From contig CALSCP010000713.1 of NCBI GenBank assembly GCA_943704425.1, positions 1-58,903 on the forward strand: 58,903 nt of DNA. The letters are read 5' to 3'. Below, piece after piece: positions 10,401-23,342 of this stretch. This DNA comes from Ministeria vibrans ATCC 50519 (Eukaryota; Protista; Filasterea). The notes under the pieces were generated by a model. The model was not told the DNA's origin. It saw only the letters and a program-made list of their open reading frames with translations, and made no database searches. The position numbers were made by a program, and so were the translations under genes. Position 1 is the stretch's first letter; each line of letters opens with the position of its first letter.

Positions 10401-12688
10401 TTCAACATGGAGCAGGCCATTACGGAACCACTCACGACGCTGCCTACCAAGGGCATGGAGTCAAAAGCCATGAAGGTGCTCGACAAGATTTTGCAGTTTG
10501 CCGGCGTGCCGTTTGACCCGCGCGAGCCTGAGTTTCACGTGAAGGTTGCGCAGGAACTTGTGCGCATCTGTCTGAAGGAGTCAGGCATTGCCAGTGAAGT
10601 GTACTGTCAGCTCATCAAGCTGACCAACAATCACCCGGACCCCGACTCGCCGCTCGCCATGCAGTGCTGGCAGATTCTTGCGTTGTGCTGCGGCATCTTT
10701 TTGCCCGGCAAGCACGTGCGTCAGTACCTGGACGTGCATTTGCGTCGACACGCGCTCCACTCGACCACCGAGCACGGCAAGTACGCCATGTTCTGTCAGC
10801 GTGTCGTCAAGAAGCAGATCAAGACGGGCCAGCGCCAGTGGCCGCCGTCGCGCGTCGAGGTCATGGCGCTCTGCTCGCAGAACCCCTACACCAACGAGCT
10901 GTCCATGTGTGTACCGGTGTACCTCATTGACGGCTCCATGATCGAGGTGCGCTTCGACCCGGGCACCACGTGCAAGGAACTCATGCTGCAGGTGAACCAG
11001 CAACTAGGACTGGTCGACGCACAGCTCACCGGCATGGGCCTGTACCTGGGACTGCTGCGCAGAGATGAGGGCGGCAAGGAGAAGGGTCAGCTGCCGTCAC
11101 GCAAGGCATCGATCGTGGGCCGCTCGTCCGTCATCGATACGGTTGTCAAGGAGGTCTCCAAATTTGGCACACAGGATCCCGAGAAGGCCGCGAAGCAGTC
11201 GAAGGAGCCAGCGAAGAAGCAGGGCGACAAGCATCGACGCAAGCAGGCGCAAAAGCTCGATCAGATGCGTGGGACGAGCGAAGCGCTCAAGATTCGCCAG
11301 ATGCTCGAGAAGCGCAGCGTCGACCCGGATCGCTCTGTCAACGACGAGCGACGCCAAAACTCTTCGGCGTTTGCTGGTCTGTTTGGCAAAAAGGACCGCA
11401 AGAGTGGAGATGCAACGTCGTTGCGCTCGGGCGTCTCCGGTGCGTCGGCGACCTCGATGGCCACCATGAACTCGGTCAACAGCTACACCTCGGGCCGCAG
11501 CAGCAGTGGCAACCGTCGTCAGGCGGGTCTGGCGTCGCGCAAGGCGGTCGCCGACTCTATGAAGGGCCGCAGTGCCGCGGCGCAAGAGCACCTGCTCATC
11601 GACAGCGAACGGTTTGTGTCGCGCCCCAAACTCGAGTCGGAGGGTCGCTCGCTCCTCGACAACGACAACATGTGCGACATTCTGGCGGAGTGGGAAAGCT
11701 TCTCCAAGAGTCACATTCAGCGCCTCGTGCTCACCCTCAAGCGCCGCCTCTACTTCAGACGCAAGAATGCCCTCGAATCGCTCTCCAACGAGGTCGAGCG
11801 CAAGCTTATCTTTCATCAGCTCAACGAAGAGGTATATATAAAATAATATAATATTATATTTATTATATGTATGAGCAAAAAAACTAAGACTTAGCATTTT
11901 TGTATATTTTTTTTTGTGTCTTCATTGTAGATTGTCAATGGACGGTACCCACTGGACGAGGACATTATGGTGACGTTCGCGGCGCTGCAGGCACAGGTGC
12001 AGTACGGGCGAGAGAAGACAGAGAAGCAACGGTGGCTGTGGATGCCGGACGTACTGGAGAACTACGTCAACCCCATGTTCATTACGGCAGGCACAGCCAA
12101 GATGGTCATGGACAAGTGGGAGGATCTTGCTGACATGACTAAGGATGACTGCATCAACCGCTATCTGGCCATTTTTGCCGAGTGGTCTTTCCACGGTGCG
12201 ACTCTCTTCTACGCAGAGGTGAAGAAAAAAAAAAATTAGAATATTATACTGATTTTCTTAACTGGTAATGACTGATCCTAGACGGAGCAAGCGAATCCGT
12301 TTGACCCGGTTGAGCCCCTGTGGCTTGCCGTGAGCGAGGAGGGCATTTCCATTCTGGGCTACGAGGACCTTACGGCCTACGTCACCTACAAGTACCAGCG
12401 TGTCATGAGCTTTGCCAACACTGTCGACGACTTTATGCTGACGGTGCGTGTGCCCAAGGACGACGGCGAGAGCGGCGAAGAGATCACGGAGAAGCTATCG
12501 TTCTCAACCATCCAGGCGGCCGAGGTGGTGTCTCTCGTGCGCTCCTACATCAACCGCATGGTCCTCGACAACGACCTCACCTGTGACTATGCCGTACGAA
12601 TACGAGAGAGTCGTTTGTTTTTCCTTTTTTTTTTGTTCGATCTGTGCTTATGTTTGATTTTTTGATTTTTTTGTAGGCTATGCCTTAG
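7462..12688 (+). CDS. PH-PH-MyTH4-FERM protein (PLEKHH/MAX-1 architecture) with an N-terminal tyrosine-motif array; exons ~7462-7518, 7602-11831, 11931-12218, 12282-12593, 12677-12688
   Basis: PH1 SGYLLKQSENKRGWKRRWFVL; PH2 ISGWLTKVKAGRAKRRFFVL; MyTH4 SEVYCQLIKLTN/QCWQILALC/RQWPPSRVEV; FERM IVNGRYPL..FAALQAQVQYG, WSFHGATLF, LWLAVSEEGISIL. Confidence 0.88.
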
Positions 12689-13064
12689 AAGTGAAGCAAC
12701 GAAGGCGAGAGAGAATGAATGAGAGAAACTTTGTGTGGAGTGGAGAAAAAAACAATGCATTTATGATCATATACGAAGAGAAGAGACGTTTAAATGTGTA
12801 AATGTGTATGGTCGAGAAAAAGGCTACAGCTTTGCAGTTAGAATACTAACAAAGTCGGGTCAGCGTGTGATCATATACTGCAAAGACCAGATTCAATTCT
12901 CTTTTTTGCTCGTAACAGTTTACAAATAATATTGATTTTAAAATTTATTTACATAATAATAATTATTATTATAATTATTATAATAAATTTTTATTATTAC
13001 TATAAGCGTAGTAAAACTAAACATAATAGTAATTTTATTGTTATCAACTTCGAGTCATTACAGA

Positions 13065-16000
13065 ATGCCACGCAACCCCCTTGCGGATCTCCTTGGAGAT
13101 GACGAAACGGACGACACGTCAAGGTACTTGTTGGGGATGAGGAGGAGTGACAACAATGATCTTGCGTGTGTGTGTGCTAACCAGTGCCCTGTCGCTCTCC
13201 TCCCCCCCCCNNNNNNNNNNCAATTGGATTTCGCTTTCTGTTTTTTCAATCTTTTCCCCTCTCTGCCCCTCCCTCTGCGACGTCCGCAGCGGCATCTTTG
13301 GCTCCGGGCCCGACCCCTTTGGCGACGACGACGACGATCCCTTTGCCCCCCTTGCCCGCCCCTCCGCCACCGCCGCCGTCCTTCTGAAATCCTCGCCGGC
13401 CCACCCCAATTCTTCACAGACACCGGTCCAAAGCGCAGAGGGCGCAGGCGACGCGGCCGACGACGCTGGCAGTGGCAGTGGCGGGCAGCGCAGTGGCGAC
13501 AGTGCGACGGTCACGGGAACGCTTGTGGCGAGCGGCGACGACGGCAGCGACCACGACGACAGCGCAACCCCGGGCGCCGCCACGGCCGGCGTCGACGAGA
13601 GCGAGGCGAGCGACGACGCAGCCGATCAGTCCTTTATCGATAAGTCAAGCATTCATGTTTCCATTGCGCTGCTCGAGAAGGAATGGGACGACACCTTTGC
13701 CGACGAGGCCTACCTGTTGAACCTCAAGGCCCGCGGTCTTGGCGGCTCCCTGCGCGAGTCCTACTTCCGCAGTGTTTCGTGGAAGGTGATTTTTTTTTCT
13801 TCCTCTCTTTTTCTCTTTTTTTTTTTTTTCTTCTTATTTCTTCTAACCTGATTTTGGCTGAATTTTGATCTCAGGTGTTTTTGGGAATTCTTCCGGCGGA
13901 ACGTAGCGAATGGAACGAATCGTGTGAGATCCAACGCAAGCAGTACGAACAGCTGCGCAAGGACCTGATCATCGACCCGCACGCACGCGCAGCAGAGGGA
14001 GACGCAGCACTGAACAACCCCCTGTCGCTGGACACGGAGTCGCCGTGGAGCCAGTTCTTCAAAGACAACGAACTGCGCAAGTTGATTGACCAGGACGTGC
14101 AGCGGACTTTTCCCGAGTCGGAGTTTTTCCAGTCGTCGAGCGTGCAGACACTCATGATTAACATCCTCTTCATCTACACGAAGCAGAACCAGGAGCTGAG
14201 CTACCGCCAGGGCATGCACGAGCTGCTCGCCCCGTGCGTCTATCTGCTGCACCGCGAGATGCGTGACGACTGGGACACGTAAGAGACAACACCATATATA
14301 ATAATAATCATTATTATTATATTATTATACGTCATAATTATTATATTTTTGAGGGGCGGTGGGGTGCAAATCATCCACGGATACTGATTTTGTTTTTTTT
14401 TTCTGTGTGTTTGACAGTGAGAATGACCAAATGGCGTGTGTGCTGGACGCGGCGTTTCTGGAGCATGACGCGTACGCGCTCTTCAGCCGCATCATGAACG
14501 CGACCAAGGAGTGGTATGCGCTAAATGACCCTGCGCGTCGCCCGTCCGTCGCCAAGCCCGCATTTGCGCGCGACGGCAATGCTAGCGACGACGAAGACGA
14601 CTCGGTCGTCGTCAAGAAGCTGAAGAAGATCCAGGATAAGCTGCTCAAGGAATCGGACCCCCAGCTCTATGCGCACCTCACAAAGCTCAAGATTGTCCCG
14701 CAAATTTACGGACTGTACGAATGAGAGCCAATTTAAACATCAGAACTGTACTGACACGTGTGTCTGGCTATTAGGCGATGGGTACGTTTGCTGGTGGGCC
14801 GCGAGTTTCATTTGGACGATGTGCTGACGCTGTGGACGGCCATCTTTGCCGACTCGCCTTTTCTCTCCCTCATCGACTATGTGTGTGTGGCGATGCTCTC
14901 CTACGTGCGCGACAGCCGTACGCTTAATCTCACGCCAACTGTTTCAGACTCACTGACCTGTACTCTTTTAGTGCTCCATAATGACTACACCAACTGTCTG
15001 CGTCGTCTGATGAAGTTTCCTCCCGTTGAAGATGTCTGGTGCATTGTCGAGCGGGCGCTGTCCATTCGCAATCCCGACGACATGCACGGTAACGACCCCC
15101 TCGCCGCGTCCGACGAGAGCACGCAGGCCCGCGTGCGCGACGCCAACCGCCGCCTTCACACCTCGGCAACTGCTGCCGGTCAGCAACGCTTCCCCTCGGC
15201 CCCCGTCACCGTCGTTCCTGCCCCCTCCGCCTCCTCTGCCTCCCCCATCACAGCCACACAACCCCACCCTCACGCCCACCACCAACACGCCCACCACCAA
15301 CAACACGATCACAAGCGCACCCAGTTGCCTCCCCGCCACGACCACCATCCCCAGCAACACCCTCCTTCTGCCCTCTCCTCCTTCAACCCCAGCAGTGCCT
15401 CCGCCCAAATCACGGGCTTCATCGCCAAGCGCATTCCCAAACTGGTCAATCCGCGACGGCGACAGGTACTCGCCCTTGTCAATGCCCTCCTTCTCCCGCC
15501 TAACATGTTTCTCTCTCTTCACTCCACAGCCAAGCAGTCAGGAGATGTCGTTTGCTCAAGCAGCCATCAACAAGGTGCGCGACGACGACGGCGACGACAC
15601 CGTAGTTGATTACGCACAGACCTACCTCCCCCGTGAAGAGCTCAGGAACACGGCCGATGTGTACGCGTCTTTTTCTTTGTTTCTTTCTCTATATTGTTTC
15701 TTTCTTTCTCCCCTTCCTTCTATTGTGACTGATTTGTTTTGTGTAGGGCGAACAAGGAGAAGAGCGACTTGCAGGAGCAAGTGCGCGTGACCGAGGAAAT
15801 GCATTCCTTCTGCGGCACCTCCCTTCAGTCGTATGCGCTCACCCTCGAGGACCTTGCCGCTGCCTTTGTCGCAGGCGATGAGACGGTGGTGCCTCCGTCA
15901 CGCGAAGCAGTGTACATTGCACTGGCGGGCGTCAAACACGTACCCCATTCTTCTTTCTTTTTGTTTATTTGTCTTTCTTCTAATTCCACATGCACCCTTC

Positions 16001-16282
16001 TCTTGTTCTTCGTGACAGGTGAAAGATCTACTTCTGGGCACGATTCCGTTTGATCCTGTAGACGCGGCGCGGCAAATGGCGCGTCGCCACATCGACGAAG
16101 AGCAGCTACACGACCATCTGATGCAGCCGTCACGCGCCTCTGAGACCGTCGCCGACGAAACGGACGTCAACAGCACACCCGTGACTGGTGAAGTTGATGG
16201 CTTTGCTCTTGTCAATGCCGAGTCGGCTGAGAGCGGCCTTGCTGTGCCCGACGAGTCCTTTGAACCTGTCTCACTTCAGTAG
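13065..16282 (+). CDS. TBC1D5: TBC1D5-type Rab GAP, multi-exon, spans a 10-N gap
   Basis: FRSVSWK, NNPLSLDTESPWSQFFKDNELRKLIDQDVQRTFPE, YRQGMHELLAP, EHDAYALF, PQIYGLRWVRLLVGREF, CLRRLMKFPP. Confidence 0.9.
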
Positions 16283-16457
16283 TGAACCAGTTAGGAGTCC
16301 TCTTCAACAACAACAACAACAATAATAATAAATAAAATAATATCTTTTTGCTTTTTGATTACTCCGAGGAGTAATGACATTGATGATACCTTACTTTGAA
16401 GTTTCTATTCATTTATTATTGTGTTATTATTATTTTAACCTTGCACTCTCGCTCTCC

Positions 16458-18428
16458 ATGACGTACTCTCGCCTCGACGAACCGTACGCTGTCGACGACG
16501 AGAATGGGGGCTCTCCGTCCTCCAAAGGGCCTTGCGGAACGCGCAGGAGCCGTCAGCTGACGCTGGGAGCGATCGTTGCAGTGGTCTTTGTGACGATTGT
16601 GGGCGTCGGCGTTGGCCTGCACGTCCACAACGAGTACAGCCCGCCGGCCGTCAATGCCTCAGACAACGCATGTCTCCTGCAGTGCACCGGTCCCGTGCTC
16701 CGTGCGGTTCAGCTCGCGCCGATTTTCAACGATTCTAAAACGTTCGACGATTGTCATCAAAACAGTGTCATCAGCACTCGTTTCATTGCGTTGACGTTTG
16801 CTCCTGCGTCCTTTTAGATTCGTCGACATGCCGGTCCTTGGCAATCCACAGGCAATCCTGGACGCCTTTGCGGCTGTCGACCCTGCGAACGTCGCTGAAG
16901 TGCGTGCGTTTGTCCAGGAGCATTTTGGGTCGGTGTCATCGGACATCGAAGAGTGGACACCGCTCGACTGGACGCCCACGCCAGGCCTCATTGCTACCAT
17001 TGCGGACGAAACGTATGCGCAGTTTGCCACGGATGTTGTGGCGCTGTGGAAGCAGCTGGGGCGCAGGGCAACGCAGGCGGTGTACGACACTCCGGAGCAG
17101 TTCACACTGATTCCCACTGCCAACCCGATGATTGTGCCCGGCGGGCGGTTTCGCGAAGTGTACTACTGGGACACCTACTGGATTGTCCAGGGGCTGCTCG
17201 CATCGGACATGGTGCACACGGCGATTGGCGTTGTGGACAATCTCTTGCAGTTTGTGCGTGACTACGGCTTTGTGCCGAACGGGTCGCGTCGCTACTACCT
17301 CGATCGTTCGCAGCCGCCCATGCTTACGCTCATGGTGGCTCTCATCTTTGAGGTGACACAGTCAACACGCTACCTTGCACAGTCGCTGCCAGTCCTCGAG
17401 CGCGAGTATGCCTACTGGATGGACACGCAAGCGGTTGAGGTGGTGCCGCTCAACCGCACGAGCACGCAGACATTCACCCTCAATCGCTACGCGCGCAACA
17501 CAACCGAGCCACGTCCCGAGTCGTATCGTGAGGACGTGACCACGCATGGCGAATCACGCGCGCCGTTCAAGCAGAATATTTATGCGAATCTGGCGAGTGG
17601 CGCTGAGACCGGCTGGGACTATTCCTCGCGATGGTTTCAGAATCGCGAGTCACTCACCGAAATTGTCACGTCGGACGTGATTCCCGTCGACCTCAATGCA
17701 ATTTTGTTTCGCGTGGAGACGACGCTTGCGCAGATGAGCGCGACGGTCAGCCAAAGTGACAAGGCGGCGCAGTACAATGCGGCGGCCGAACGCCGCCGCA
17801 ACGCCATCCACGCCGTGCTGTGGAATCCTCAGCTCAACCAGTGGACCGACTTTAATGTAGCGCTGCGCGTGCGTGCCCCCGCAGGTTACGTGAGCAATTT
17901 CTTGCCGCTGTGGGCTCATGCCTGGGCCAGCACTGTCAACGTGTCGTCCGTTGTCGAGACCTTTCGCACCAGTGGACTCGTGCTCCCCGGCGGTCTCACC
18001 ACGTCGCTCTTTGCCACTGGACAGCAGTGGGATTTCCCCAATGCATGGGCGCCCCTCCAGCAGATGATGATCCAAGGACTCAGGTATGAGCAGCGGTCTG
18101 CGCTTGTGTTGTCTAATATCGACTTTGCTTTTTTTTTTTCTTTTTGTTTGTTTGTTTGTTTTTGTTCTCCAGGGAATTAGACTCGTCCAACAGCACCGAG
18201 CTTGCACGGTCGCTTGCGTCAACGTGGGTTGCAGCCAATTATCTTGCGTACAACGCAACGGGATTCATGCACGAGAAGCTCAATGCCAGTGTGCTGGGAG
18301 GCGTGGGCAGTGGCGGCGAGTACAACCCGCAGATTGGCTTTGGCTGGAGCAATGGCGTTGTCCTCCATCTCCTGCAACAGTATCCCGACCTCTCTCTGCC
18401 GTCTAACCCAACTCCGAATCATTCTTAA
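16458..18428 (+). CDS. TREH: Trehalase (GH37) with N-terminal transmembrane anchor; 3 exons
   Basis: DSKT/FVDM across intron, PGGRFREVYYWDTYW, PNGSRRYYLDRSQPP, PRPESYRED, AETGWDYSSRW, QQWDFPNAWAP, EYNPQIGFGWSNGV. Confidence 0.95.
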
Positions 18429-18533
18429 TCATACATCACTGCGCACAACCAATGTAAAGCAATACACACGGCAATACTTAGTACTAATATTAATGGTTGT
18501 TACAATACTTTATTTATAATGCTTATTGTACTC

Positions 18534-18849
18534 TTATGGTGTACAGCGGATGTCGAGCTCGACCTGAAAGAGAGGCTGCCACACAGCGGCAATGCGGTCT
18601 CGCGCTTCAAGGACACAGTTGTGTGATGCAAACAGCAGATGCCACTCGTCGTGGGAGACGCCGTCGTCAAAGATGAGCGCAAGGGCCGTTGGCGCACTCA
18701 TGCTGAGCTCAAGGGTTGCCAGAGACTGCAAAGGTAGCGCACTGCGCACGCGGAACTGCTGTCCCTTGGGCTGGTGCTTGCTGTCTCGCTCCTCATGCGC
18801 CGGCGGCCATTGGTAGTCCTCGTCACAAAGGAACATCTAAGAGGACACA

Positions 18850-18903
<54 letters not shown>

Positions 18904-21900
18904 AATGAAATTCTTTTCTAAGCTTTGAGATTGATCTGACGTTACCTTGTCTTCGACACACAAGAGCGTGACGGGAACATGCTCGCCGTGACGACGGTGT
19001 TCGCGGAGACGGACAAGGAGACAGACGGGCACGACAAGAGTCTGCTCGGCGGACTCGGGAGCGGGCCAGGTAAGAAGGTCGCGTGCAATGTGACGCAGCG
19101 TGGTTGGGTGCGGGTGATGGTTGATGCGCGAGAGACGCACATCGTCCACCTGGCTCATGCACCGGCCCAGAAGCATCACACACGTCTGGCACTGCGCTGT
19201 GTCGCGAATCAAAAACACGTAAATGGCAGTGGGAAACTCGACGCGCAACGACTGTTTGCCCAACCCCGTGTCGATGTGCAGCACACTCGAAAGAGGTTGC
19301 GACGAGTGGAACGTGAGCTGACGCTCCACTGGCGCACTGGTACGCGACTCGCGATGTACAAACACATACAAAGCTGCTGAGGAGACCATGAGAATGCAAC
19401 GTTGTTCGCGGTCCGACGGTTTGCTGGTGGTTGTGTCCTGCGCCACAAGGAAAGAGGTGGCCAGCTGAAATTGAAAACGCTCGGCGTCACTCGCAAAGTG
19501 CTTCAGGCTGTAATACAGTTGCCAGGTGTGGTCAAGCGACGTCATGTCAGCTTCGTCGACAAGCGGCATAAACTTCTCTTGGCGCAGGGTCGCCGTCGCA
19601 AGCTCGGTGGGCGTCTCGGCGGCACGGACACGTACGGGACCACCGGCGCCCGTCGTGTCGGCAACCAAGAGACGGCTTTGTGCTCCGCCAATACGCGGCA
19701 GGGCACCCACCATGGACTCGTTGATGGCACTGGACTCCATGCCACGCGTGGGACGTACAATGGTCACCTGAGAGGCGCCTGCGCCGCTCAGTTCAGAGAA
19801 CACACCCGACTTGAGCTCGGGGGTTTGTGTGCCAATGCGTGAGTTGCGTCGTGCAAAGAGAGGGCTTCCCCTGGGCACGGGGGTACTGGTGCCCGACGAC
19901 GGAGCTGTGGTGAGGGGCGGCGGTGTAGAAACACGTGGCGGGTTTGCAACGGCAGTGGGGCGCTCATCGACCTTGATGGGATGCGTCAAGAGCGAACTAG
20001 GACGACTGTCAAACGAGAAGGAGGGCACGCCCGCTGCAATGCCACTTAGCTCTGCGCCGATCGCCTTGCTCTTCTTGTCCTCCAACGACAGCTCGATGAT
20101 TTGGGAACCAGCGCACTTGGGACACGTGTCCACGTCGGGCACCTTGTCGAAAGTGTGCCCGCACACAATGCAGTTCATGCGCACGACCTGGGTGGAGTGA
20201 CGTGTGCGCCGCTCATTGGCGACCACAACAGGTCGCAACAGACGAATGAACTCGGCAACGTCGGGGTCGTTTTCCATTAAGTAGCGTCGCTCGACGGTCA
20301 TGCCGCGTGCATACGAGAACTCCAACAGCAGGACAGGGTGCGGTGAGCCGTCGTCGCCTGACGCCGTGCCAATCTCCTTGACGCTCACAAGCCCCGTGAG
20401 GTCGAGCCTGTCGACTACATTGGCCGTGCTAACGTCGCTCTCGACAATGGACGTCTCCGTGACGCTAATAATGAGCTGTGTGCGCGTGCCCTTGACACCA
20501 CTTCCAATAGCGTCTACAATAAATTCGGCCGAGACACCTCCCGGAGGCGGACGCCACTGGTTCTTGAGACGGATTGCCTCGGCGATGGCATCGTCGGTGT
20601 CGATAGGCACGGGTGCGACTGCAGCAGAGTCGTCCACCAGCAACGGAGGCTCTGTGGTGGATGAGATGGCAGCGAGGAGACCAGGCGTCGTGGGCGCACT
20701 GGAGGGTGTCTTGCTGTCGGCGTACGAGTTGACAATGGCATGGGCTATGGCACTCTCGTTGGACGCAGGAAGCGTAAACTCAAACTCACGCGGGAGCGAA
20801 TTGGAGTATTGCCGGTGGAGGAGCGCTCGACGACGCGCCTGACTACTGCTCTTTGTTGCGCCGGGAATCGAGATGGGCTGCGTGCTCGAGCGCGCACGAC
20901 CCACCAGCTGTTGAGGTTGGTCGAGTGCGCTCTCGGTCTGCTCCATGCGCTCCTTACCAAGGTCACAGTCAAAGCGTACACTGCTGCCCGGGGTCACGTC
21001 ACTTGTGGTGTGGCCTTCGGCGGCATCATACGACGACGATGACACACCGAGTGCTTCCTCCTCTGCATCGCGCTTGCGCTTCTCCAGCGCGTCCAATTCG
21101 TTGTTGTAGATGATGAGCCAGCGACTACCGCCTTCCTCACGCAACGAATTGATGCGATTGGCAAATTCCTCGGCAGACTCATTGGCACCGCGGCTGTCCA
21201 CGGCCGTCTCGTCGACGTTGGACGCATCGAGTCCCTCAATGCTTCCGTCGACACTTGACGACGCGACTGTTGACTTGGAGTGTTTCCTGCTGCCGCCACT
21301 GGGCTTGCGACGTGGAGAGACGGTGTTTGCCAGAAGATCAGCGCTGGCGTTGCTTGACGCGGACTGGCGTTTCGATGGACTGCCAAGATTGACCTTACGA
21401 CGACTGCTACGACGACGGGGTGATGGGGAGGACACCGAGGTGACAGCAGTGGCGGAGACCGCGGCGTTAGGCGGGGACGACTGGGCAGACGAGGTGGTGG
21501 TCGACGGCACCTGATCGTCGGCGATTGACGAGATGCGCACTGGCGTGGAGGCAATACGCACACGTGGGGCCATGACGACGTACTCAAGCAAGACAATGTC
21601 GAGTTCGTCTGAGGTGGGTGGCACTCCGTCGAGCTCAATTTCTCGAGCTCGCTCGCCAAATGGCCCAAAAGTGCGCACACGGTAGTCGGGAATGGCGGTC
21701 AAGGGGTTTCCTTCGACAAGGAGTACACGCAATTCGGGAAGCCGGGCGAGCGCCTGCAGGTCTGTGGGCGAACCGAGTGCGTTGTCGCGCACGTCCAAAA
21801 GCACAAGGGCACAGAGACGCTCAAGACCACTGATGCACGAAAGGTCATTGCTGCGAAGGTACAGCTCTTTGATGTTCCCAATGACCGTGTGTATGCGCGA

Positions 21901-23145
21901 CACTGACCGTAGACGGTTAAAGCTCAGGTTGAGAACGTCCAGACGCCACAGGGTCTAAAGTCAGCAATGAAAAGGAGAAGGAAGAAAGTGAGTGATGCGC
22001 GACGTTGGATTCTCGACTTGGTATACTTTAAGATTGTCGTCGAGTGACTCGAGTTGGTTGTGAGCAAGGTTGAGGAAGCGCACACACGCGAGCATACGTA
22101 GCGAGGGTTGAAGTGCAGTCAGATTGTTGAAACTAAGAGAAGAGAAGATTACATTGAGAGCTTTGCGCGTTTCTGCAACTTACCTGCAATCGACGTCAAT
22201 AAGTTTGCTCCAGGGACGCAGTTCCTCAAGATTGTCTGCACCGGCAGAGCCAAAGAGATCGTCGAACGAGTCCATTGCGGAGTGGCAGGTGATGCGACGC
22301 ATTCGGCTGCGCACTCGATCGATGCCCTTGACGCGTCGCAGGGGAATGTTCTGGATCTGTAGATACGACGAGGAGAGAGAAGAAAGAAAGAAAAAAAGAA
22401 AGAAAAAAAGAAAGAAAGAGATAGACAAAGTGGATAGAGAGAGAGAGAGGAGGGGGAAAGAAACAAAGTGAGTGAGATAGAGAGAGGAGGGGGAAAGAAA
22501 CAAAGTGAGAGAGAGAGAGAGACAGAAAACGCAATGAGAGTGAGATAGGGATGGAGACAATATCGTGAGGGTGGCGAGACACACGGGACGGCGGCGTGTG
22601 TACCTCGAGAATGCGCAAGTTGCGAAACCAGGAGATGTCGACGGTGGTGTCTGAGGCATTGCGTCCTCCAATGAGCCGAAGGGAAGGCAGCTGCTGGATC
22701 ACTTCAAAGAGCGACGCCACGTTGTCGTAGTGGGGCCCTGCGTCTAGTGCTTGGCCCGGAGTGAAGTCGGGTGCTGTGTTTAGAGAGAGAGAGAGAGGAG
22801 AGAGAGAAGAGAGTCAGTGTTGAGTGTTGAAGTAGTCGCGTTGCGTTTTGCACCGTCATGTTCACTCTCGACAAACTCGGGAAGCCAGACGTTGAGGTAG
22901 GCGAGCCAGTCACTGGTGAGAGACAGAGAGAGGCCGCCGTTGAGCAAGCGATCGCCTGTGCGCCGAAAAGGAGACAAATGAGAAGTGCGCAGGACAACGC
23001 GTCACGGTGCAGTCAGTACCTTCTCGACGGATGTACGCAACCAGCATCTCGCAGAACTCTTCGCCTGCAGAGAGTGCGAGCATAGAGCATAAGAGGATGG
23101 CGGATGAGATTGCGGATGTCATTTCGTACCTGAGACGCTCTGCAT
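18534..23145 (-). CDS. STK11IP: STK11IP/LIP1-like protein (LIP1 N-domain, LRRs, Zn ribbon, PH-like domains), multi-exon
   Basis: Spliced N-terminus GDRLLNGGLSLSLT..LFEVIQQLPSLRL..DISWFRNLRILE; LRRs (VRFLNLAHNQL, IKELYLRSNDL, LRVLLVEGNPL); INSLREEGGSRWL; CIVCG..CPKCAG. Confidence 0.8.
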
Positions 23146-23342
23146 GGTGGCGTGTGGGGCGGGAAGAGGGGTCGATCGAGTTGAACGGGGAGGGTGAAAC
23201 AGACCAGATCAAGGGAAAACTCAGGTAATCAGGGTGTAATTTGCAAAATGTGTGAAAATCAATTTTCAGTTCTGAGTTCTGACTTCTGTTTCCAATCAGT
23301 AGTGACTTCAGTGAGTTCAGTCATTTTTTTATCTTCTCTACC

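Noticed and set aside
4501-11897. Long antisense/alternate-frame ORFs (4501-5595, 7753-9477, 8568-10361; also 33231-34937)
   Set aside because: Shadows of GC3-rich coding sequence with no motifs of their own.
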